Shown here piece after piece: positions 29,561 through 39,096 of a stretch of DNA of 64,000 bases. This DNA comes from an uncultured Acidobacteriota bacterium. Lineage in GTDB: Bacteria; Acidobacteriota; Terriglobia; Acidiferrales; UBA7541. Position 1 is the first letter of the stretch. Each line of letters opens with the position of its first letter. The notes beneath the pieces were generated by a model. It ran no database searches, had not been told where the DNA came from, and was given only the letters and a program-made list of their open reading frames with translations. Location of the stretch: contig CAVZNU010000011.1 in assembly GCA_963776695.1 (NCBI GenBank), positions 164,165-228,164 on the forward strand, read 5' to 3'. Position numbers and translations under genes: made by a program.

Positions 29561-30193
29561 ATGAAAAGCGCATGGCCGGGACTTGCGATTCTGATCCTGC
29601 TACAAGCGGGCTCGACCGCCGCACGGCAGCCACAACAACAGCAGGGCGACTCTGCTTCCATTGCCGATGCGGCGCGGCGCTCGCGCGAACAAAAGAAAGA
29701 GCAGCAGCCCAAAGCCGCGAAGGTTTGGGACAACGACACGATTCCGAGGAAACCCGGCGAAGTGAGCGTGGTCGGGCAGGTGCCCGCATCGGACACGGCT
29801 GACGATTCTGCCGCGAAACCGGCCGGCGACGACGCGAACGCAGCCGGTCAGCCCGCAGCGACAGATTCGACATCTTCAGCTGCCCCCGCGTCCGCACCGG
29901 CAGCTGATAAGAGCGAGGGAAGCAAAGCGTCGGCAGAGCTTGCCGCGATTCAATCCGATCTCGCCTCCGCGAAGAGCCATCTCCAAACCGCGAAGGCTGA
30001 TCTCGATATCCTGCAGCGCAAATTCACGCTCGATTCTCAGACGTACTACAGCAAACCGAACTACGCCGCTGACAAAGACGGAGCCGCGAGCATCGCATCC
30101 GAAAAAAACGATCTCGAAGCGAAGCAGCAGGAAGTCGCCGACGCGCAGATGAAAGTGGACCAACTCGAATCGAAACTCGCCGCCGTCCGTTAG
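29561..30193 (+). CDS. Hypothetical exported protein with a disordered middle and a C-terminal coiled coil
   Basis: ATG 29561 follows GGGAGAG. Signal peptide MKSAWPGLAILILLQAGSTAA. C-terminal heptad-like AELAAIQSDLASAKSHLQTAKADLDILQRK...DLEAKQQEVADAQMKVDQLESKLAAV. Confidence 0.7.
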   Translation: MKSAWPGLAILILLQAGSTAARQPQQQQGDSASIADAARRSREQKKEQQPKAAKVWDNDTIPRKPGEVSVVGQVPASDTADDSAAKPAGDDANAAGQPAATDSTSSAAPASAPAADKSEGSKASAELAAIQSDLASAKSHLQTAKADLDILQRKFTLDSQTYYSKPNYAADKDGAASIASEKNDLEAKQQEVADAQMKVDQLESKLAAVR

Positions 30194-30523
30194 CCCGCTG
30201 GGCTGCCTTTTGGCAGCCGGGACGAGCGCCTTCCCTCGTCGTGGGCTTTTCCTCAAGCCGCACACATAAGCCGATCGAGAGCGCGTGCGTGGCAAAGCTG
30301 TTTCACTCTGCACCGCAATTCACTTTCGATTCTGCCTTCACAAGGTTGCCGCACCCGTCTGCAACACCACCACAACTAATTGTGTACATTTTTCTTGACT
30401 CACTAGGCGCCACGGCGCACAATCCCGCCAGTTGCACGGCTCCTTTTTCGTTCCGGGGAGCTTCGGTGGCGATTGCATTCCCCTTCCGCCGCCGGGGCTG
30501 TGGTTCTTGCGAGGCAAACGAAA

Positions 30524-30730
30524 ATGCAACATCTGCCGGGTTGGACGGTGCAGTGTTTGAATCCGGAGTGTTCCGCGCGCGGCCACTGGCTGCGAGTGGA
30601 AGGCGCGCCGCAAGATCATTGCAGCAATTGCGGCTGCCCGCTCCACAACGTGCCGCCACCGCTCGCGCCGCGCTTCCGCATGCGGCCGCGCCCGCTGGCC
30701 AGCTATCGCCCGGTCGGACGCCCGCGATAG
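30524..30730 (+). CDS. Possible small zinc-ribbon protein (68 aa)
   Basis: MQHLPGWTVQCLNPECSARGHWLRVEGAPQDHCSNCGCPLHNV... has a CxxC...CxxC arrangement and GAGG 9 nt upstream of the ATG. It lies in a 683-bp otherwise non-coding spacer. No homology check was possible. Confidence 0.35.
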   Translation: MQHLPGWTVQCLNPECSARGHWLRVEGAPQDHCSNCGCPLHNVPPPLAPRFRMRPRPLASYRPVGRPR

Positions 30731-30822
30731 TTTTCTATGTAGGGAATCACGGGGCCGGTTCGCTGCGGAGGTGCGGCGAGCAATAGGCCGCCCGCGTCCT
30801 CGAGTCGGTGTCCTCAAGCAAA

Positions 30823-30865
30823 AGTCGAAGATGCCGGCCTGAGGGCCGCCGCTACAAAACCACAG
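30823..30865. repeat. Diverged family-2 REP half-copy
   Basis: gtcgaagatgccggcctgagggccgccgctacaaaaccacagg shares the ...gccgg..tga.g..cgc(c)gctacaaaa frame. Confidence 0.55.
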
Positions 30866-30876
30866 GCTGCGTCCGC

Positions 30877-33800
30877 TTAGTAATAAAACTTCAAGCCAAA
30901 CTGAATAATTCGGGCGTCCACGCGGGTCTGCGTGACCTGTCCAAACGTGCCGCTGAATCCCTGGTTGTCGGGATTCGAAAACTGCGTGTGATTGAATGCA
31001 TTGAAGAACTCGGCGCGAAACTCGATGGACTTCGATTCGAGGATTTTTGTGGTCTTGTTGATGGAAATGTCCCAGTTGTTAATGCCCGGCCCACGGAGCG
31101 TGTTCCGCCCGAGGGTGCCAAACGTAAATTGCTGCACGTTTACACAGTCGAACGAGTTCGGATTAAACCAGAATGTGCCCGCATCTACGTTATTTCCGAG
31201 ACAGTTTGCGACGGGAACGCTCGGATCCGGATTGCTGGCTTGAAAAGCTTGTCGGTGCCGGGGATTGAAATACTGAACAGGCCCAATGATGTCGGGACGG
31301 TCGAGGAAATTGTTCTGTCCGCTCGAATTGTTATTCTGGTAGAGGGTGAACGGATTTCCCTTTTGAAATGTGGCGATTACGTTGGCCTGCCACCCGGCGA
31401 GTACTTTCTTGAGTACGCCCTCGCTGTGCACGCCTCGATCGAACGGCAACTCGAAAATCCCGCTGATCACGAGGCGCTGCGGCGTGTCAAAATCCGCGAG
31501 GCCGCGATCCAATCGAGGATTAAACGGGTCCGTATATTCGGCAGAGCGCGATCGGAAACCGGACGTCAGGTCGATTGTCTTCGCAAGTGTGTAGGCAACA
31601 CGCATGCCAACATGGTGGCTGAAGCGCTTGTCCACCGTTACTTGGAGCTGGTCGCTGTCGGAGAGACCGTTGCCAAAATTCGTCAATAACTGCGTGGCGC
31701 CGCCCGCTGCGCCATTGGGGTCGATCGGCGAGACTCCGCCCGTGCATTGCGCGATGTCCTGACCCGTTCCAATCACGCGCCGCGCGCAATCTGAGTTGAT
31801 GAAGCCGAACTGGTCGAGCTGTTGTTGCATTATCGCCGGGTCTGGAGGGTTCGTTTCACCGCTCGAAATGAGCTTTCTCCCCAAACTTCCAACGTAGACC
31901 GCTTCGACCATCGTGTCGCGCGTAGCCTGCCACTGGAATCCGTAATTGAAATTTTCCGAATAGGGCGTCCGGAAGTGCGGAAAGGTGGTGTAAGCAAACG
32001 GAAGCTTCGGGTCCTGGAACGTGCCAACTTTTCCAGCAGACGCAAATGGGAACGGGTTCTCGAAACCAAATGGGCCAAACGGATCGCTAACGAAATCTCC
32101 GGCGATACCGGTATAGCCTGACGGAAAGAAATTGGAAACTGCGCCGAATGGCGGCTGGCCGCCGAATTGCAGGTTCAGCGCTCCGTCTTCGATATCGTAG
32201 AAAATCCCGAAGCCGCCGCGCATAACCAGCTTTGCGTTACCGAACATGTCCCACGCGAAGCCAAAGCGGGGCGCAAAATTGTTTCTGTCGGGATAGACCA
32301 GCGCTTTATTCGGAGTGCCAGGATCGCCCGGATACAGGATATCTGCCGGAGCATCTGGAAAAACGGTCGACTGCGTATTGGGGAAAAACCCCAGGATGTT
32401 GTTGTGAGTGTCACTCTGGGGCGAATTATACTCATAGCGAATTCCCAGGTTGACGGTAAACCTTGGATTCACTTTCCAGGTGTCCTGGGCATAGCCGGAA
32501 TATCCGAGCTGGCGAATTCCGTACACCGCATTCGAGAATTGAAAATAGTTGTCCCAAAATCCGCCGATGAAGTCCGCCAGAACATCTCCCGTAAACGTCC
32601 CGAAGGAACCAAAATCGAAGCTGCCATTGTTGAAGAAATCAAAATTGAAATCGTTGCGGACGCGCGAAATATCGCCGCCGAATTTGAACTCGTGATGCCC
32701 GTGCGTCCACGTGAGGCCATCGCCCCAGCGAAAAGTCATCAGCGCAAGATGCGTTGGACCGCCCGGCGAAGGGCCGAGGTTGAAATCGGGCGTCAGTATG
32801 ATGGGCGGAGCTGTGCCCTTTACATCATCGGGACTCACATTCGCGAAACCGAGGTCGGCTGGCGATGTCTTGTCTTGCGGAATCGCATCAATTTCAGCAT
32901 CGCGGTTCACGCTGAATCGAAATTCATTTACAAGATTTGGACTGAAAGTGTGGATCCAGGAAGCAGTTGCTACCTGTGTTCGAATAGGATTCGAGAATCC
33001 GGAACCGAACGGCACGTCGCCGCCCGTGGACGCTCCCTTTACGATCTGGAACGGCAGAGTTTCTCGTTCGTCGTCGATTACGTAGACAAGTGAAAAGGTG
33101 TTATGCGCGTCGTGGTTGTAATCGATGTGAACCACGCCTTGATCGTCGTTGATCGTGCCGACCGGGTCGGAGATAAAGCCGTTATTGGGAAGATTCGCGG
33201 TTGGCAGGTAACCCCTCGTAATGTAGTTCTGTATGGTTGGATTTACGAGTCCGGCCGCCGCCAGATTGTTGTTGGGGATGTTGTTGCCCGTCAACGGATT
33301 CACGAGCTGCGTGCCACTCGGATCGGTGCAATTCCCTGCGCCGTCGTAGCTGCCGCACAGTTCACCGAAATTGCCGGTTCTTTCGGCTGCGCTGGGAACC
33401 GTAAGGATGGGCGAAACCTGTGCTTCTCGGCGCCGCGCCCCCTGGTAAGCGAGAAAGAAAAATAGTTTGTCTTTCAGAATCGGACCACCGATGGTGCCGC
33501 CGAATTCGTTGCGGTGAAAAGGAGGAGCGCTCGAAAACGGCAGGAAGTAGTTCCTCGCATTAAGGTCGTTGTTGCGGAGAAATTCGAAAAGATCGCCATG
33601 ATAGCTGTTCGTCCCCGACTTTGTGATCTGGTTGATGATTCCGCCGGAGGTTCGGCCGTATTGCGCGTCGTAGTTGTTCGTCAGAATCTTGAATTCCTGC
33701 ACCGCGTCCGGATTGGGGCTCACCACGATGTTGTTGCCAAGAAAGCTCGTATTGTCGGCACCGTCGAGAAGAAACGTGAGCGATTCCGAACGCTGCCCGC

Positions 33801-34344
33801 TCACCGAGAAAGGATTACCGGAACCATCGTCCGGATCGGGAGCAAACACGCCGGCTTGCAGTAAACCGAGTTGCAGGGTGTCGCGTTCGACGAGCGGCAA
33901 ATCCTGAATCATCCGCTGGTTCTCCACTTTGCCCAGCACTGCGCCGGTAGTATCCACCTGTGCGACGTTCGCTTTCACTTCCACCGTCTCCGAACCCTGG
34001 CCCACTTTCAGAGTCACGTCGAGACGCCCGTTCTGATTCAACTCGAGCGTAATTCCTGATTGCACAAACTTGGCGAAACCGTTTTTTTCCACGCCCACCA
34101 TGTACGTGCCGACCTGCAGGGGATCGAACACATAGGCGCCGTCGCCCGCTGAAGAAGTCGTGCGGACCACGTTGGTGCCGGTGTTCGTGAGCGTCACTTT
34201 GGCGCCGGTGACAATGCCACCGGATTGGTCGAGCACGGTACCGCGCAACGACGTAGTTGTCTGGCCCCACACGGGCGTGGCCACAAGCATCAAAAATAGG
34301 CAGAAGAAAAATGAGAACGAAAAAAACGCACGAATCTGGGACAA
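30877..34344 (-). CDS. TonB-dependent receptor with N-terminal carboxypeptidase-regulatory-like domain
   Basis: 1155 aa. Signal peptide, then TTTSLRGTVLDQSGGIVTGAKVTLTNTGTN (CarbR-like), a plug-like region (DLPLVERDTLQLGLLQAGV) and a long beta-barrel ending in the aromatic terminus RIIQFGLKFYY. Confidence 0.93.
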   Translation of the reverse strand: MSQIRAFFSFSFFFCLFLMLVATPVWGQTTTSLRGTVLDQSGGIVTGAKVTLTNTGTNVVRTTSSAGDGAYVFDPLQVGTYMVGVEKNGFAKFVQSGITLELNQNGRLDVTLKVGQGSETVEVKANVAQVDTTGAVLGKVENQRMIQDLPLVERDTLQLGLLQAGVFAPDPDDGSGNPFSVSGQRSESLTFLLDGADNTSFLGNNIVVSPNPDAVQEFKILTNNYDAQYGRTSGGIINQITKSGTNSYHGDLFEFLRNNDLNARNYFLPFSSAPPFHRNEFGGTIGGPILKDKLFFFLAYQGARRREAQVSPILTVPSAAERTGNFGELCGSYDGAGNCTDPSGTQLVNPLTGNNIPNNNLAAAGLVNPTIQNYITRGYLPTANLPNNGFISDPVGTINDDQGVVHIDYNHDAHNTFSLVYVIDDERETLPFQIVKGASTGGDVPFGSGFSNPIRTQVATASWIHTFSPNLVNEFRFSVNRDAEIDAIPQDKTSPADLGFANVSPDDVKGTAPPIILTPDFNLGPSPGGPTHLALMTFRWGDGLTWTHGHHEFKFGGDISRVRNDFNFDFFNNGSFDFGSFGTFTGDVLADFIGGFWDNYFQFSNAVYGIRQLGYSGYAQDTWKVNPRFTVNLGIRYEYNSPQSDTHNNILGFFPNTQSTVFPDAPADILYPGDPGTPNKALVYPDRNNFAPRFGFAWDMFGNAKLVMRGGFGIFYDIEDGALNLQFGGQPPFGAVSNFFPSGYTGIAGDFVSDPFGPFGFENPFPFASAGKVGTFQDPKLPFAYTTFPHFRTPYSENFNYGFQWQATRDTMVEAVYVGSLGRKLISSGETNPPDPAIMQQQLDQFGFINSDCARRVIGTGQDIAQCTGGVSPIDPNGAAGGATQLLTNFGNGLSDSDQLQVTVDKRFSHHVGMRVAYTLAKTIDLTSGFRSRSAEYTDPFNPRLDRGLADFDTPQRLVISGIFELPFDRGVHSEGVLKKVLAGWQANVIATFQKGNPFTLYQNNNSSGQNNFLDRPDIIGPVQYFNPRHRQAFQASNPDPSVPVANCLGNNVDAGTFWFNPNSFDCVNVQQFTFGTLGRNTLRGPGINNWDISINKTTKILESKSIEFRAEFFNAFNHTQFSNPDNQGFSGTFGQVTQTRVDARIIQFGLKFYY

Positions 34345-34502
34345 GGCCCACCCCCGTTGAAAACTATCACTTCAAATAAATAGCGCGCGACAGGCTGAAG
34401 CGAGCAGGGCTAGGCGAGGAATCGCGGCCAACCGGCCTGCGAACCCGCAAAAAAGTGCCTCACTCGCTGCCCACCACCACCAGCACAATCCCCATTGTGC
34501 TT

Positions 34503-34531
34503 TCTATAGAACCGCGCACGAGAGAAGTCAA
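34503..34531 (-). promoter_or_regulatory. Candidate sigma-70-type promoter for the TonB-dependent receptor gene
   Basis: Minus strand reads TTGACT-N17-TATAGA (34531..34503), about 160 nt upstream of the ATG at 34344. A hairpin agcacaatggggattgtgct follows immediately. Confidence 0.35.
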
Positions 34532-34584
34532 GACGCTTCGCCTGTATAGATCGCATCCGTGATTTGACTGCGTGACTTGAGGTC

Positions 34585-34621
34585 AAAAAAGGGGAGCGGC
34601 CGGTGGGGGAGCCGGCCGCTC
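34585..34621 (-). terminator. Intrinsic terminator on the minus strand with no annotated gene upstream
   Basis: Minus strand reads GAGCGGCCGG-ctccccca-CCGGCCGCTC-CCC-TTTTTT, a perfect 10-bp GC-rich stem (34594-34603 / 34612-34621) followed by a T6 run (A6 on plus at 34585-34590). Confidence 0.6.
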
Positions 34622-35038
34622 AGGGCATGGGGTGTTGGAGGAGCAGAAACTCGAGGGTGCCATCCAGCGTGCCGGCGCTCATGGGGGGTGAGCTTTGTGC
34701 CGGCTGCCGTACAGTCCCCGAATCCATAGTGATTCTGCGCCCGGCTCCCAACCGCGTCGATAGACCCTAGGTTCACTTGGTGCCGGTACGAACGTACCTC
34801 TCTTTCGCCTTCGCGGCATTTTCGCTGTCAAACGCAAATCGCCCCAGACCCCGATGTCGCGCAAATGCACAGCTGCCATTCCGTAAAGCCGGCGCCCCGC
34901 CAACTCTTTTGAAGTTCTGCTCCGGCGCGACCTCGTCATTTGCGACACTCGCGCGCGCTCTGAGAAATCGCGCAGTCCGTTTTCCCTGGGCCTCAGGCTA
35001 TCCGCGCAACCAATCCGAGGTTATACTCACGGCCGCAA

Positions 35039-37720
35039 ATGCCACTTAAATCTGGAACGAAACTCGGTCCCTACGAAATCCTCGCGCCGCTTGGAGCGGG
35101 CGGAATGGGCGAAGTCTATCGCGCGCGCGACACGCGGCTCGATCGCACTGTTGCCGTCAAAATTCTCACGCAAGGGATTGCAGACACGCCGGAAGTTCGC
35201 CAGCGATTCGAGCGCGAAGCACGCGCCATTTCCAGCCTGAATCATCCGCACATTTGCGCGCTCTATGACGTGGGCCACCAGGACGGAATCGAGTATCTGG
35301 TGATGGAGTATCTCGAGGGAGAAACGCTCGCAGCTCGCATCGAAAAAGGTCCGCTGCCCACCGCTGAGCTTTTGCGATACGCGTCGCAGATTGCGGACGC
35401 TCTCGATAAGGCGCATCGCCAGGGAATCATTCATCGCGATCTGAAACCAGCCAATGTGATGCTCACAAAGTCAGGCGCGAAGCTGCTCGACTTTGGTCTG
35501 GCGAAGGGCGAGGAGATTTTGCAGGGAGGAGATCCCGGCTCCTCACCCACGATGAGCCGCCCGCTCACCACGCAGGGGACGATTGTCGGCACGATGCAAT
35601 ACATGTCGCCTGAGCAACTGGAAGGGAAAGAAGCCGACGCGCGGAGCGATATTTTTTCTTTCGGCGCGATGCTCTATGAAATGGCGACGGGGAAAAAAGC
35701 GTTCGAGGCCAAGAGCCACGCAAGCCTAATCGCGGCGATCTTAAAAGAAGATCCTCGCCCGATGCGCGAATTGCAGCCCCTGACGCCGCTGCTGCTCGAG
35801 CGCATTGTGAAGACGTGTCTTGCGAAAGATCCGGACGACCGGCCACAAAGTGCGCATGACTTGAAATTGGATCTCGATTGGGTTCGAGAATCGAGCGGGA
35901 TTTCGCAGGTCGCGCAGCCAGCAGTCGGAAGTCGCTCATCACGGCGCAAAACCGCGAGCATCATCTTGGTTTCAGCGGTGTGCACGCTGTTCGCGGCGGG
36001 TGCGCTTGCCTTCCTGTTAAGGCCGCAGCCTGCGCCGGCGGAACGCCTTGAATTTTTCATCCCCATTCAGGAAGAAATGAGTCATCTGGCGCTTTCGCCG
36101 GATGGCCGCATGCTGGCGTTTGTTTCACCGGATGAATCCTCCGGCGCGAACATGGTGAGCGTGCAACGCATCGGTTCCTCTGCAATATCTCTCCTGCCCG
36201 GCACCGAAGGGGCGAGTTATCCATTCTGGTCGCCGGATGATGCGTATGTGGCATTTTTTGCCGACGGCAAACTGAAAAAAATCGCGCTTTCCGGCGGCGC
36301 TCCGCAAGTCCTCGCCACCGCCACAAGCGGGCGCGGCGGGAGCTGGAGTCGCCGCGGCGTGATCGTCTTCTCGCCCCAGGCGGCAGGATGGTTATGGAAA
36401 ATAAACGCAGACGGCAGCAATCTCGCCCCGCTTACCAATGGATCATACAACGCCGCAACAATTGTTTCGCACCGCTGGCCCGTTTTCTTGCCCGACGGCG
36501 AGCACCTGTTGTTCATGGCTCTCACTTTTGCGAATAGCGAGAGCGACCGAGGTGTCTACCTCTGTTCACTGAAGGGCGAGACAAGGAAGGTGACTTCTTC
36601 AGCCATATCGAACGCGGGCTACGCAAACGGCAACTTGTTTTATCTCGACGAGAAAAAGGCATTGCGCGCCACTCCGTTTGACGCCGCCAATGGAACGGTG
36701 GGAAGTGATTCGCAAGTCGTCGCTGACCTCGTCGGTTTCCAGCCATCCATCTCCTGGGGATCCTTCTCAGTGGCTGAGAACGGAACCATTGTTTACAACG
36801 CCACCGTTGGGGCGACGCTCTCTGTCCTCACCTGGTATGACCGCGCAGGCAAACAACAAGCCACCGTGGGCGATATTGGTGTTGTCTCGAATCCCACCTT
36901 GTCGCCTGATGGAAGCCGTGTGGCAGTGGACATCGCGGACGCGAAAGCGAACAACGTCAATATTTGGCTGGGCGAGCTGAATCGCAGCACCGACTCGCGC
37001 TTCACCTACGATAATTCGGAAGATGTCGGCGGCGTGTGGTCGCGCGACGGAAGCTTGATTGCCTACCGCTCTTTGCAGGCGAACGACACAAACATTTTCG
37101 TGAAACAGGCGCAGGGGTTGCAGCCCGCCCGATCCATCTTCTCCGTCAAAGAAAGCGGTCAGGCCACGGACGATCTCGTTCCGAACTCATGGTCGCTCGA
37201 TGACAAGCAACTCCTCTCTACGTTGCAGCCCGCCGCGGGAGGATCCCAACTTGTCCTGCTCGAAACATCGGGCGGTAAGAGGACACCATTTCTCAGCACC
37301 AAGTCCAGCGAATCCAACGGACAGATTTCTCCTGACGGCAAGTGGGTGGCCTACGCATCGAATGAGTCCGGCGACTGGGAGATTTACGCGACCACTTTTC
37401 CCACCGCTGCCGGTAAGTGGCAGGTTTCGCGCGGCGGCGGCACCGAACCCCGCTGGCGCGCCGATGGAAAGGAACTTTTCTACATCGGGCCCAAGAGCAT
37501 GCTAACAGCGGTCTCCGTCGATACCGGAGGGTCATTCTCTTCTGGGAACCCCACGCCACTCTTCCGCACTCAGTTCCGTGCCCAGGTTTCTTCCACAGAT
37601 CAGTTCTCTTATGACGTCACCAAGGATGGCAAGCGGTTTCTGGTGAACCGGTACGCCAAGCCGCAGCGAGTGGCTCCGCTGCACATCGTTCTCAACGCCA
37701 CGGCAGGCTTGCCGAAGTAA
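35039..37720 (+). CDS. Ser/Thr protein kinase fused via a TM segment to a TolB-like/WD40-like beta-propeller
   Basis: Hanks kinase motifs (GAGGMGEVYRA, VAVKIL, HRDLKPANVML, DFGLA, MSPEQ), TM segment ASIILVSAVCTLFAAGALAFLL, then repeated PD40-like segments (SPDGRMLAFV, SPDGSRVAV, SPDGKWVAYAS). Confidence 0.93.
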   Translation: MPLKSGTKLGPYEILAPLGAGGMGEVYRARDTRLDRTVAVKILTQGIADTPEVRQRFEREARAISSLNHPHICALYDVGHQDGIEYLVMEYLEGETLAARIEKGPLPTAELLRYASQIADALDKAHRQGIIHRDLKPANVMLTKSGAKLLDFGLAKGEEILQGGDPGSSPTMSRPLTTQGTIVGTMQYMSPEQLEGKEADARSDIFSFGAMLYEMATGKKAFEAKSHASLIAAILKEDPRPMRELQPLTPLLLERIVKTCLAKDPDDRPQSAHDLKLDLDWVRESSGISQVAQPAVGSRSSRRKTASIILVSAVCTLFAAGALAFLLRPQPAPAERLEFFIPIQEEMSHLALSPDGRMLAFVSPDESSGANMVSVQRIGSSAISLLPGTEGASYPFWSPDDAYVAFFADGKLKKIALSGGAPQVLATATSGRGGSWSRRGVIVFSPQAAGWLWKINADGSNLAPLTNGSYNAATIVSHRWPVFLPDGEHLLFMALTFANSESDRGVYLCSLKGETRKVTSSAISNAGYANGNLFYLDEKKALRATPFDAANGTVGSDSQVVADLVGFQPSISWGSFSVAENGTIVYNATVGATLSVLTWYDRAGKQQATVGDIGVVSNPTLSPDGSRVAVDIADAKANNVNIWLGELNRSTDSRFTYDNSEDVGGVWSRDGSLIAYRSLQANDTNIFVKQAQGLQPARSIFSVKESGQATDDLVPNSWSLDDKQLLSTLQPAAGGSQLVLLETSGGKRTPFLSTKSSESNGQISPDGKWVAYASNESGDWEIYATTFPTAAGKWQVSRGGGTEPRWRADGKELFYIGPKSMLTAVSVDTGGSFSSGNPTPLFRTQFRAQVSSTDQFSYDVTKDGKRFLVNRYAKPQRVAPLHIVLNATAGLPK

Positions 37721-37803
37721 ACAAATTCCTCGCCAGGTGAAAGTCTGAGAAATAGTTTGCGTTCTGCCAAGTTGAGTGTAATTTTCGCGCACGGGGGTGA
37801 GAC

Positions 37804-38457
37804 GTGTGCTTTTCAGCGGCGGCGAACTTTGTGGGCAGCACTACTCTGGCCGGAATCGGCGTCGTCACATTGACGAAAGTGAAGCACCGGCGCGAACTGC
37901 TTTTTGCGGCGCTGCCGACGCTATTCGCCGTTCATCAGTTCATTGAAGGATTCGTTTGGCTGGGCCTTGACGGGATTCTCTCGCCTACCGTGACGCACAA
38001 CATGGGGGCGGCGTTCATGCTTTACGCGCAGGGGTTGCTCCCTTTGCTGCTGCCGCTCAGCGTGCTGCTGTTTGAACCGGGCCGCAAAGACCGCAGGCGC
38101 ATGCTGCCGTTCGTCATCATCGGCGGCGCTACCACGCTTTATATGTTGTGGGCGTTAGCGGCATACCCAACGCAGATCTACGTGAAGGGAAACAGCATCG
38201 TATACGTCAATCAAGGGACGAACTTCACAGTGGTCGCGATTCTATATGTGATCGCAACGTGCGGTTCGCTGTTTTTCTCGAGGGTCAAAGCGATGGTGCT
38301 CTTCGGCACGGCAAACCTGACGATTCTTCTCGCCGTGATGGCGTTTAAACGGTATGCGTTTACATCGCTGTGGTGCGCGTACGCAGCGATCGCAAGCGTG
38401 ATCATCCTCGCCTACTTCTGGAAAACCAGCGGAAGCCGCCCATTCCTCTACGCGTAG
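37804..38457 (+). CDS. Hypothetical polytopic membrane protein
   Basis: 217 aa, GTG start, about six hydrophobic helices. No motif that I can name with confidence. Confidence 0.6.
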   Translation: MCFSAAANFVGSTTLAGIGVVTLTKVKHRRELLFAALPTLFAVHQFIEGFVWLGLDGILSPTVTHNMGAAFMLYAQGLLPLLLPLSVLLFEPGRKDRRRMLPFVIIGGATTLYMLWALAAYPTQIYVKGNSIVYVNQGTNFTVVAILYVIATCGSLFFSRVKAMVLFGTANLTILLAVMAFKRYAFTSLWCAYAAIASVIILAYFWKTSGSRPFLYA

Positions 38458-38575
38458 CGTTTCTAAAATCCGATTAAAAGTGCGGCGGGTCACCTAAGGC
38501 TGAGGGGAAAAAAGTTAGCGTGCTTCGGTGGACTTTCGATTTCCGGTTCTTTGTTTTTGCGAATCGCTCCCGCCA

Positions 38576-38785
38576 CTATGAATGATGTGTTTTTCTGAGA
38601 TCGGTCACGATTTTCCTGGCCTCTCTCATTCGCTCCTTATAGTAGTTCGAGCTGATGACGATTTCCTTGCCGCCCAGGTTGACGCGCTCTTTGATTCCTT
38701 CTTTTGACAGGAAGAGGGCAAGCGCTATGTAGGTCTTTATTTCCTTTTCTAGAAATTGGATCGCCTGCTGTTTTGATTCGTCCAT
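38576..38785 (-). CDS. Hypothetical small protein (69 aa), AT-richer than surroundings
   Basis: ATG preceded by GAGGTG 5 nt upstream. Lys/Glu-rich, balanced composition. No family recognised. Confidence 0.45.
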   Translation of the reverse strand: MDESKQQAIQFLEKEIKTYIALALFLSKEGIKERVNLGGKEIVISSNYYKERMREARKIVTDLRKTHHS

Positions 38786-38940
38786 GTGTCACCTCACGAA
38801 TGCCCTAGGTAGCGCCGCTCGAAAAGAGTAGCTGCACATATCTGCGTGCTCGATGAATTCGCTCTACTCACATTCCACTCAGACAGACGCGTTGGGTGCG
38901 GTGGAAACGAGGCCGGGATAGCCGCCTATCCCGGCGCGCT

Positions 38941-39096
38941 CTAAATCCTGCCGAGAAGCAAAAGAATCACGACGACGACCAGGATCAATCCCACTCCGCC
39001 AGACGGCGCGTAGCCCCACTCCCGGCTGTGCGACCATCGCGGCAACACTCCGAGTAACGCCATTACTAGGATCACGATCAAAATTGTCATGAGCAT
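38941..39096 (-). CDS. DUF3309-family small membrane protein (51 aa)
   Basis: MLMTILIVILVMALLGVLPRWSHSREWGYAPSGGVGLILVVVVILLLLGRI matches the DUF3309 pattern (TM, P-W-S-R-WGY-PSGG, TM, LLGRI). GAAGGGGA lies upstream of ATG 39096. A hairpin gccgggatag-gcgg-ctatcccggc follows the stop. Confidence 0.8.
   Translation of the reverse strand: MLMTILIVILVMALLGVLPRWSHSREWGYAPSGGVGLILVVVVILLLLGRI

Noticed and set aside
34627-35038. tmRNA, RNase P RNA, SRP RNA, or a cobalamin/TPP riboswitch in the spacer upstream of the TonB-dependent receptor.
   Set aside because: I looked for GGAAAGTCCGG (RNase P), a T-arm plus CCA end and a tag-reading frame (tmRNA), GGTCCGGAAGGAAGCAGC (SRP), the B12 box/GCCACTG, and CTGAGA..ACCTGATCTGGATAATGCCAGCG (TPP), and found none. 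Only weak partial resemblances turned up (GAATC, ACTGTA). It is kept as an unclassified candidate only.
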